Positions 13,001 to 25,000 of a DNA stretch of 64,000 nucleotides are shown here, piece after piece. The stretch covers positions 154,330 to 218,329 of the forward strand of contig NMRA01000437.1 of NCBI GenBank assembly GCA_002633005.1, read 5' to 3'. How positions within the stretch are numbered: position 1 is the stretch's first letter; each line of letters begins with the position of its first letter. The stretch is from Phoronis australis (lineage: Eukaryota > Animalia > Phoronida). Made by a program: the position numbers and the translations under genes. Under the pieces are notes generated by a model, which saw only the letters and a list, made by a program, of their open reading frames with translations, was not told the origin of the DNA and did not search any database.

Positions 13001-16000
13001 TTGTTTTATTCTCAAGTGGAAATAAAATGATGCAGTAATACCACCACAGAGCATAAGCTGGAGACATACACAGTGGGACACGGCAGATGTGAAATACTGC
13101 AGCAGAGAATGACAAATGAGGGAGCCAGTGTAACAGGGTAGTCACACAAACAAGTGTAACGTGCGGCGTGACCCTGTTTGCTGCTCATTCAAAACAGGCT
13201 TCTCAAATGCAATCAAAAGGGACTCCAATACTTTCAATCACAGCACATTGGACTCTACGTAGTTAGTTGTTTTCCACAATTTCTTAACGGGTGATTTCAC
13301 GTTCATGACATTGCAGAAAATGATCTTGGATGGCGCCATTTTGAAGATGAATAGATAACCGACGGGAAAGACTGCAAACCGTTTGACCAATGTAACATCG
13401 TTTGACATTTAAACTAAGACTTTGTTCATAGGGCATACAAACCCGTAAACAACCCTACATTGGGCAACGGGGCAGACTTTCGCTTTAGAAATGTTATTTT
13501 CGTGAGTATGGCAGGAGTCCCTTTTGACTGCATTTGATTTTGTCTTGAATGAGCAGCATACAGGGTTGCCCACACATGACACGTTTGTGCCTGAATTTTC
13601 TGTTACCCCTTTTCATTTGTCATTCTTTGCTGTATTTCACACCTGCCATGTCCAGCTTATGTATGTCTCCAGCTTATGCTCTTTGGTGGCTTTGCAATGT
13701 CATTTTATTTCCACTTGAGAATGAAATGAGTATGGTTCGAAATATTGTGTACCTTTTAATCATGTCTCTTGGTCAGTTGCTTCACCAATGTTCCGTTGAG
13801 AGTGGAGTTTTATTCCGAGCGTACGAGCAGACCGGCGTGTCGTGTGTTTAATCAATTTTGCATAATTATATCATGCAAAATATATAGGAAAAGCTTAAGC
13901 TAAATGAATATGACCAATGAGCTAAGTAATGCTAGTAAGAAAATGTAGAGTCTTGCCTCCTGGTGATGAGATGTCACAAAGTGGACATAAATCCAATGAG
14001 CTAGTCTACACAGAAATCAGAATTAGGGATTATCGAATGGTGGTCTCGCGCATTGCAGGGAATTGAAACAAGACATGTCAGTATGATGTATCACATAAGA
14101 TAAGACAATTTTTAAAACATCATAGAGAAAATGAATGCTACGTCTTGTGTCTTTCGTCCAACACTACGTGTGGTCCTTGACGATATGAACAATGACTTGT
14201 TTTCACACTGAACAATGCAGAATTAATTATTTACATACATCCCGACTTATTTTGAAGAAATTGACACTAAATAACACTTGAGCTAGCACAACATTGCTCT
14301 AATTGATGTGTGCCGAAATTTCTCATAATTCCTCTCAGCGTTCGCTATGAGGAGATGTTTTATCTGAGATATTTTTGCTTTTCTCATAGCGACTCTCCAA
14401 GACTCCAGTTCCCACCCTCCCTCCTCTACGTCTACTGTTGCTCCAGTTCCTACCGCCATTAAAACCACCTCCGGCTCACCAGAGACTTCTACGTCTCCCA
14501 GCATGTCTAGCACACTCAAGACTTCTCATACCTCTGAAGTTTTTAGCCCTACCGACGCTTCCACTATCGTAATAACATCTGCTAGTGCAAGTTCTGGTAA
14601 AACAACAGTTAAAATCATGGAAGTTTTTACAACTGAAGGTAATTGTTAGTTCTATACCATGTGAAATTTTTGCTCTATTGGCTCAGAGATTGCCAATGTT
14701 AGCTGACAATTTGCACGACTGCTGTCCGACCATCAAGCTGCAGGGATGATGTTTGCTTTCCTGAAGAAGCTGTATACAGTCACATCCCAAAATACTACCT
14801 GTTGCATCTTTACCTATAACAGTACTGCAGATCTCAGCGACTGAATTCTGTCTTGACGCGGGATGGTTGGTCAATTTTCAATGATGCGAAACCGATGTTA
14901 GTCCAGCATGCTATAACAACAATCAGTGAACAATCTATTTGAAATGTGACAAGAAATCTGCAGATCATCAGGAGATTGTTGGCTAGTAATAAATAACAAC
15001 TAGTGGTCTGTAAGGCCAGGTGCAGTTCATCGGTTTTCGATTGAACTAAGCAAAATGAAATTTATGAGTGTGCATTGAAATTTTGTTCTTTGACAGCAAA
15101 TAGTCTTTAAAAATTATTTCAAAGCAAGTTCTGGGCACTCACTAAGGTGTCAGTTTAAACCTTGTTTGGGTTTTGCTCTCGTTGTGTTCCCATTGCAAGT
15201 TTCCCAAAAAAAATTCCACTCAGTGTTCGGTATTTGAAGAATCTGATGTTTTATTTGAGATATATTTTTACTTTTTTCATAGTCGCAACCCGAGAAACCA
15301 GTTCCCACCCCCCCTCTTCTACGTCTACTGTTGCTCCTGTTCCTACCACCCTTAAAATCACTTCTGACTCACCAGAGACTCCTACAGCTCCCGGGATGTC
15401 TAGCACATCCGAGACTTCTCAGGCGTCTGATGTCTTTACTACCACTGAAGAACCTAGCTTAGTTACCTCTTCCACTGAAGGTTCTGGTACTACGTCAGTT
15501 AATGTGGGAGATTTTACCACTGAAGGTAACTGTTTGTGCTTTATCAGGTGAAACTGTCAGTGTATTGGATCAAAGTTTATTTGGTGGTAATCAAAACTGT
15601 TTGGCCAATGTAAGCTAACAATTTGTTCATTCTCTCTCAATTTAGAGCAGCAGGTAATTAATTGTATGTTTTTCTGAAGTCGGTGAGTCTGCCACAATCT
15701 CATTCCAAAATACTAGCTACCTGTTACCTCTATGTAAACACTAAGTTTGTGCAGATCCCACATTTTAATGATGCAGAACCGGTCACGTTAGGTCAACATG
15801 CCATAACAACAATCAGTAGACAATGTGTTTGGACATCGCCTGGATGTTTTTACAATGACCACCTGTTTAAAATCTGGCAACTGTCTGTAGAGCGTCGGGA
15901 GATTCTTAGCTAAATGAGAACCAACCGCTTATGTCCAACATTATGGCAAGTGAAACAGTCCATCATTTATTTTCAACTGAACTATATAAAGTATATAAAA

Positions 16001-19000
16001 GTTAAATTTTACACGCCTATTTCTGACTCTGCTTTAGTTTTTTTGACAGAATAAACTTTGTCGCAGCAAGTTTTGAACACTCGGGTGTCATTTCAAACCT
16101 TAGTTTAGTATGGTTTTGATTATTATGTGCCCAAGTTTCTCATAAATATTCCACCAGGTGTTCAATTTTTTGAAGATGTTTAATTCTGAGATATTTTCTC
16201 ATAGTCACATCCCAAGAAACCAGCTCCCACTCTCCCGCCTCTACTAATTATTGTTGCTCCAGTTCCTAGTACCCTTAAAACCGCTTTTGGTACACCAGAG
16301 ACTTCTGCGTCCACTGTTGCTCCAGTAACTACTGTTCTTCAAACCGCTTCTGGTACACCAGAGACTTTTGCGTCCACTGTTGCTCCAGTAACTAATGTTC
16401 TTCAAACCACTTCCGGTACTACAAGGAGCTCTACATCTCGCGGGATGCCTAACACTGTGAGGACGTCTCGTATCCCTCATACCTTAACACCTACTGAAAC
16501 TTCTAGCATAGTTACTAGTGCGGAGTCTGCTACTGCGGGAGCTAACAAGGCATTTTTTACCTCTGAAGGTAACTGTTGATGTGTTAACATGGTGTAAACC
16601 CCTCCCTGTGTTGGCTGACAGTTTACTTGGTGTTAATCATAAACCATCAGGCACATATTGGCAAACTGTCGGTCTTACTGATCACCAAGCTTCAATTGTA
16701 TAAAGTTCTAGTAACCCTAGGACTGATGGGGTTTGTGGCGCATGCATTACTAAATAAATGAAACATTTGTAACCTGCTAGCAAAATTTCAGTCCTTTACA
16801 AAAGTGAGCCATTTAAAGTTTCTGATGAAAAAATGCTTTTAATTATTTTAGCTTACAGTTTACAACTTAGTGATTTGCACGCGGACATCTTAGTTCTGCA
16901 CCGTTCAGGACATTCTAGTCTGCTCTGCTTACGCTCACTATTTGCTTGCTTTAATCACGTCATTTTGACATTTTGTACCCAGTCAAGTAAAATTAATATG
17001 CCAAAATTAAGAACAGTAAAGTATAAAGTATGCCAGATGTATGTGGTGTAGCTATAAATAAACTGAGCACTTAGAAAATTTATAACATGGTCATTGACCT
17101 GGTCAGTCATAAAATTATCTTAACTCCCCAGTAACATACAGTGAGTGCAGCCTGTGGTGACTTGACAAATCAAAAAAAGTCCAACACTGTGAAAATGTGG
17201 CTGTATTTCTATTCCTACAGTGTATCTGTGGGTCCAAACCACGTCATATCTGTGGCAGGTACGTCATCACTTAACATGGGAATAGCCCACAACAAAGGAA
17301 AATTTAGAGGTACGATTGTCCTTCATCCAACATCCATTAAAGCATCATGGAAATGGAGGGTGCGCAGTGTGTCGACATTACAGAAAGAATATTCAGGCTT
17401 GATACCTGAACCAACTTAAGGTTGATCTCTGCCTGATGAATGCAACCCATAATCAGCAATTAATGTTTAGTACCTGAAATAGTTGGCTTTGCATAAGCCT
17501 TGAGATGCATAAACGTTCTTGAATGAAACCACTGGTAGTTAGTTTTAGCACCAGAATGAAATTGGTGTTGTACAGATTGGTGGACTAACAACGTCAGAAG
17601 AAAATAACACCTGAACAGTAGATTAGTTCGATCTGTAGCATGTATTGCCCTTTAGTTTGCATGCAACGGTAATCAAATCTGAATCACCTGAGATTAAACA
17701 AGCATGTCAACATTATCATCTTCAATATTCCAAACAACTAACAAAACGGACATACATAACTAGCCTTTTCTTTACCATCACCTTGTTTGTTTATGTAATA
17801 GGTCTTCCCAGTACGTCATGGGTGTCTCAGAATCGCAGACCTCAAAAACACAGAAACTGCAAATCTCGAAAGTGCAAACCTCGAAAACACAGGCCTCGAA
17901 AACACAGACCTAGAAAAGGCAGACCTCGAAAACACAGACCCCGCAGACCTCGAAAACGCAGACCCCACAGACCTCGAAAACGCAAACCCCATAGAACTCG
18001 AAAGCGCAGACCTCGAAAACAAAGACCTTGACTTTCAATCGGGATTTGCTAAAACTGTCGTCCTAGGCTGTCATAAGCAGTACTGTTTTGCATGTGTATT
18101 TTTTCCGTTCTCTGTACGTTTCAATTTATTTCTTATAAAATCTGTCAGTATAACCATGAGGGGTTATTTAACCTTCACTTCTCATGACGGCGTTTTCCCG
18201 TTCAGTGACTTTACCAGATGAAGGGGGTCTTGAGCCTCTGATAACATCTAGTTTCTTTGTTAACTGCCAAGCACAATCTTTTGTCTGTTATGACAACATG
18301 CAGGCCAATTGTCTACCAGGCTTATTACAGACCACCTGTTAACACAATCAATCTCAGAGTGAATTAGTTCATTGGGAAAGAATAGATTATCGTAACTTCC
18401 GTTGCACTTGGGCGATTTTGGCGATTCAAAAACTAGACATGATCACCATTTGACTAGGATTTCAGAAATGCTGTTGGTTTATGTTCAAATATGTTGTAAC
18501 TTAAGTTTTATTTTTAACAGCACAGCCCAGTCAGGCCAGATAGGATCTTATTGAAGATTAGCAATTATTGAACAAAAGAGAGTTGGCTCTCCAACCATGA
18601 ATGCCAGAATGGAGTTAATCAGGCGTGTTTAAGATAGTGGCTACAGGGGTAAACTTCCCAACTTGTTGTTGGGCTATAGCATCCAAAAAGTTGGGAGCAA
18701 AGGGAAAACGCCACTGTAATGTTGGTTTTAGTTATCTAACATATTATGTAGGTGCCTATTTTAATTAGCTCCGTTTGTCCAGGCATCATGCCAATATTGA
18801 GTGTATCTGACCTGTTCAGGGCCCTCTAGTGGCTGTTGCCTTATTTACATCAAATTTTTAGCTTCTTTCTCAGAACGCTTCAGTGATCGCCTTGAAACAG
18901 TTATGGCCCTGTTGATGATAATTGCCTGACTGCTGTTCCCTCTAGCGACACGGTTAGTTTTTTTATGCTTGCCTTAAGAACTGCCATCAGTTGATGTGAA

Positions 19001-22000
19001 CTGTAAGTTTTTCATTGTCTCCTGAAGTCAGTTTAAAAATATAAGCTCATTTACTAGGGGACAAGTTGACTAAAACATTCCGTCAGCGATTGAGCACCCA
19101 TGTAGCTTGTATTAGTTGGCTGTACACGGGAGACAAGTTGACACCTTTAAGGTCACAGTTCAAAGGGGGGGGGGTTTGTGCTGTCAGTACGGATGTTGAT
19201 AGACTCCTTGATATTACGTGAGTGCCAATTAAAGTGCCAATAATGTTCTCGTTCTCCATGGAGATGGAATGGCCGCTCACGATCATGTGTTCATTGACAG
19301 CAGACGTTAATCCAGTTTCGTAATGCTCTTTAAGCCTGAGGTGTCCATCTTATGTATGTGTGCGGGGGGAGGGGTCTTGGTCACATGAGGTTAATTATAA
19401 CACCATCCTGTTTGCCTGCAGGTGTAGTGTCTTCACTTAATTTTACCAGTTTATTACGTAACGTGTTTACTGGCTGCATAAATGAATTTATGGGGTGTGC
19501 AATATAGGTTCGACGAAGCTGTTCTGATAGACGTTTTACCTATATAGGGTATAGCCAGAGTGGGTCCATCAGTGGGTTCATGTTGTCTTTGATGTGGTCT
19601 CTGGTGGAATATCCAATCAGGATTACTTCAAAACTGTCGTAATATGCCTCGCCCCCTAGTAAGTGAGCTTTCAATTATATTCTTAACATCTGCAAAGTTC
19701 TTTGATGATATAGTTTCGAAATTTGACACAGATTTAATGTTTCTAATATCAAGAAAAAGACACCTTCCCTTTTTCAGTTGGACCCTACTTGTACTACAGC
19801 TCTTTAGTCACTGTCTTATCAGTTCGGATGAGCTTTCTTTCTGCTAAATACTTGAAAGATTTTCATGAAATCTGAAAAATGTCCCCAATCAGAATTTTGC
19901 GTCTACTTGAGTTGGTAACTATTGGGCTCCTTCACGAATTTGTACTATGGCATGGCTGTGTTCTCAATTAACAAGTACTTAATGTGAGACATACTATGTA
20001 CGCCAAAAGTAATCAGCCAAAATACTGTTTTCCTGTCATGACGGTCAATTGATAATCCGTTAATAGCAAAAAATGACTGGTATTATGGTATCAATATAAT
20101 TGTAATTACAAAATGACTTAGATACCGTGCTAACTTCCCTCACTAGTTCCCTCCATTCTCAGTCATGCAGGATGACTACTCCTGACAATGAATTTACCTT
20201 CCGCTTAGTCGCCATGACTGGGAATTCCAGGTCATTTTGTGTGAATACTTTTGGCTAGTTGTATTGCATGCTTGCCATCTGTTTTGGGCTGATCTATTCA
20301 TTAAGTACATCTCAGGATGATTATTTTACCAAGCATTCAAGTTGTCGTCCTGCTGATAGGTCAGGCGTTGCTTACATGCATGCTGATCATGGCTTGAGAT
20401 GTGTACATCTGCAGTAAGCTCAGGTGAAGCATGAAATGAACGTCCTGTTATTTTAACGTTTTCCTGGAGTTGCCTCTATTCCTTAATAAAGCTTAATATT
20501 CTTCCTAACTTCTTGTGTCTTGCTGGTGCTTTCCAATCTGGTTAATTTTAATAGGTATTCGGGCTGCTTGTCAGTTAATGTCTTGAGGTCACATCATACG
20601 CTATGAATTTTAGAATTTGTAGAAATATTTAGATGTTTTGACCTTTTTGTTGCCTTGAAGGGGTGGGATTGAAATTGAACTTTTCAAACTTTAGGTAATT
20701 ATTTCAACTGATATGGTTCAACATAAGAAGAAATCCCTGCTAAAGTTTTACTGTTTTGGATGTCAATTAGCTCGCACTGCATTTAAACGTATGCCCCATG
20801 GTTATGCAACACAGCAATGCACTCTGTTGGACTATAATCACAAACTCTTGCATTACACCTTAAACAAAATGGTTCAAGTTAAAAGCCTTTATTAGCAAAA
20901 TCAAACAACTGATAGATAGTATTTACGTGTTATTATTTACTAGATTCAGTGAGGGACTGTAATCGAATTTTGAGTGTGATATAAATGATTCCGATGTGGA
21001 TAACATCACCCAGGTCTGAGGTAGAGTCTTATTGGTTAGCTGGGCAGTTAATAGTTAAGCGTGATTGATCAATAAAGAACATTAGATGCTGAGCCACTCC
21101 CATCATCCATATCAATTGTGTGGTTGGCCTGTTTGTTATGAAGGGTTCGAGACGATCAAAATCTGACGATTGTTGCTAGCTAAGGAAAATTTTGGATCCT
21201 TAACTTTACAGTTGTTGGAAAACTAACTTATACTGCTTGTTGTTCAAGGGAAAGTGACTCACTTTGAACACCTTTTAAAAGAACTAAATTGTTAAACATT
21301 GGACAGCAATTTGGTGAAAGCTTATCATAATTCTTTTGATGGCATCCATTACCTTAGTCAATGGGTCACAAGCCAGCTGTAACGTAATACTAGCGACTGA
21401 ATTGCGACAATGGCTGCTCTTAATTGGCTTTGCCGGTTCTGCCTTGTCAAGCGGGGTCGGTATCTGATAGGTCTGTAAGCTGGAATTTGTCATCGAAAAC
21501 CAATCAGATGTGTTAGTTGGATGACATAGAGGAGTCCGCAAGGTCAGTCAACTGTGTGTGTACCCATGCAATGAAGCATCTGGGCCTTAGCGAGACACTT
21601 GTCAAATGTTTAAAATTTTTAATTAGCAGATGAGACCGGCTAGTTCTGATTGAAACACATTCTGCTTTCTGCTTGTGTACAATGCACATGTAGCTCGTTA
21701 GATTGCGTTTACTCTCACTGACAAATGAATTCTGGCGACACGCACGTGCTTGCTTACTCACACACACAGATGCACTTCAAACAAATGTCACGTGACAACA
21801 ACATGTCCAGAGATTTTTTTCTCGGGTTACTATTTTTATTCAAGCATTCAAGTTGCCATTTCGCGGATTGCAAGGTACTCAGTTGTCGAGTTTTCGCCCT
21901 GGGCTTTATGCACAATTTTCTGTAAAATGATCGTAATTTAAGAGCAAAGTTTGATAGCAATGCTCCACAATTTTGTAGAAAGTCTGTCATAGGTTACAGA

Positions 22001-25000
22001 TACGTCACAGAGCGTAAATATGATTAATCTTAACTTCCGATTTCACCCGTTTAGGAGACCGGGTTTCAACAGCCATGGGTTACAATAATCGCCTCCATGA
22101 CACCAATTTTTTCTAAGCGCCCTGGGCGGTTATTAGGGTGAATACGGTATCCTAAATTTTAGTTCACTCATTCAATGAAAACTTAATAAGTGTATTTTGA
22201 AAACTTGACTTCTTGCCTATGAACTTAAATAACTTTTTGCCCAAAAACCTATTTTTGTATGGGAGTTCTAGTACTGTCATGAAAATTTCTGCCTATGGAA
22301 ATACTTTAGGCATAATCTAAATGGGTTTTGATGTGATAAGGCTTCTTGACGCTCTCTAACCATTCTACAATCTTAGGTGCAAATATGGAATCAAGGAAAA
22401 TTGATATTAATGATAATGTTAGTGGTAGTATACTATAATAGCTCACTGAGTCAAAAATTTCAAAAATAAAGAAAAATTTCAATCATTAAAATTAGCACAT
22501 GATTACCTACAGGCTTGCTTGAAATTTTGACTAATGTAGCCTCACTTCATAATAATAATAAAACCGGATAATGATGCGTAAAATGACTATCAATTGCCTT
22601 CAGCCTCTGTTAGTACTAAACTGCCTTCTACTGTTCCTACAGGTACTTCTCAATACCCAGCTGATACTTCTACTGCTGCAGAAACCGATAGTGGTGAGTG
22701 TTTTGCCTGCTAGTACCATACAGTGCTGCTCTGCCTAGAATACAAACTTAGTACACGGAAGGTAATTCATTTAAAACATGCATATTCCAGGGCACCTTGT
22801 ATTTCGTGTTGAAACAGGCACATGTGGATTGCACAAAAACAGCTTCAGTCCATGGCATACTGTGAATGCTAGTAGGTTCCTTTTGGTGAAGCTGAGCAAT
22901 GACTTCTGTGGTACTAAACTGTGTGTGCTGTTGGATAAAAGATTTCTGGGAACTTGTAATAGACCAAGTCGATATCTCATTTTGAAACCTGCTCTTTTTC
23001 TCTCTCTAACTCTCTAGTTGAGACTAAATGTGAGATGTTTGTAATATCCTAGAGCTTGTGAAGTTGCAGTAAGTTTTGATCAAAAGTGTTTTGATCGTCG
23101 GTGATTTGTCACATAATTGTAAGCACTTTCCAGTCTCTTTCAAAATCAAGTTGTTGATAAAACAACTTTTAATTGAACAGTTTCAGGTTTTGCTTGCAAT
23201 TTTTGTCTCAATAAGTGGATAAAATTTAAGTCATCTCTTGGTAAGGCAGAGAATTTCCAAATTCATGTATCAATCTAGTTCATTGCTACGTGTTATTGCA
23301 GTCTTCGTCCCAGCATTGTGTCTAGCTCTTCAATTATGCACCTTGGCGATTCAGATAATTGAAACCCAGTGGAAATGCGTATTGATGATGAAGCAGTATT
23401 TCTCTCAAACATGTATTGTTGTGAATAAACACCCAAGATAGCTTGAAGTTGGAAGTGTCATGATGACAAAGCATCTTGTTTCATATTAATTCATCCACTT
23501 CAACTTACTGGAATTGTTATGAGTGTTAACGATGACGTTGACATTTGACTATTGCGAGGTTTTTCTACAGGTGGAGCCACAAGCACCATTATACCTCCTG
23601 ATGGTGGAGGTGTTACTACTACCTTTGGAGCTACTACTGTACAAGGAACTGGTAAGTTCGCATTATGAGTGCGTCTCAATTAAGGTAATTTGTTTGTGCG
23701 CACCCCGGATCACACACAGAGCTGGGTGCAGGCACCTCATTATCTGTGGTTCATTAGATGCCCACAGTCGGAAAGCCAAAAGGTCCTTTCATATTAACTT
23801 AACTTGAAGCCTGGATGTGATGGAGGAAGTTAAGTGAACCGTTCATACCAGCTTCAGTAGATAACAGCGTGGAAGTAAACAGTGGGTGACGCTGTCATCA
23901 TTGAAGTAATCGTAAGGTAGCGCATCCCGTGCGTGCAAAGATTTTTACAATGTGACGATTTGAGAACATTTACACGTGCTACTTGACATATAACTTATTT
24001 ACTCGAACAAAATGCAAGCAACTATTGGCGATGACACCCCACTTTTATTGTTGACGATAGTTAAGTGGCCCCTGGTGATAACTTCCATGAGATTGAAGTT
24101 TACTGTTCATACCACACTGCAGCGTTGACGCTTCGCTGTTAAATCCACCTGTTCACTGTGAAGTTAACTGGTGCGGTTAGCATCAATCCATAACCGAAAT
24201 TAACTGTTCAAACTGAACACAACTCCCCAAAACATCGACGCTTCAGCATTAGTATGAATAGGCTTTATGAATGCCTGTTGCTGGTTGGTATAACAAGATT
24301 TGTTACTGACTGCAACCCCCAAAACATTGGCACATCGATGTCAGTATGAAAGAGTCTTTAGGATGTGATCAGCTCAACAGTCAGAGTAATTGGTATCTGG
24401 TAAGATGGACACCACTTTCTGTTAGAGGTAGAGTTTGGTGACAGGACAGTCAACAGAATACGCACACTTGATTGAGGATGTGTAGTTATATACTAGGCAC
24501 ACATTGCCCTAGTGCATGAGTCTAGATCGTTCTATACGAGTCATCTGACGTTTTTGAAGAACTTGTGACTGATGGTGTTGGTCTTGAAGCAAACAAGCAA
24601 GAAACTGTACTACCCTGGGTGTCACATGTGTGATAAATTGCATTATTTATGAAGTTCAACTATGTATTTTGTGGAGGTTCAAAATTATACTGAAAAGGAA
24701 TTAAAAACAATTATTTTGACTATTTACTGAACTTTTAATTTGGATTATTTATTGGTATAACACTGATTTTAAGTTGTTCCTTAGTCAGATCAAAAGTGAT
24801 TTCTGACCCTTATCACAGCTTGAAGGTTCTTGGTCCATAAACTGTCCTGCCAGGTCAATTGATCCCAATTAACAGCAATATCACATTCCAAGTCAAGAAA
24901 TCATGCATCTAGTGCCGAGTAACGGCAAATGGTCTAACTTGAAACTATTTTTGAGAGTGAAAAGTGCATTAATAGCGGTATTGAGGCTTTTTGTTGAAAC

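Noticed and set aside
16244-16480. Minus-strand ORF with repeated SYWSNSGR
   Set aside because: Antisense shadow of the 63-bp repeats in mucin pseudo-exon C.
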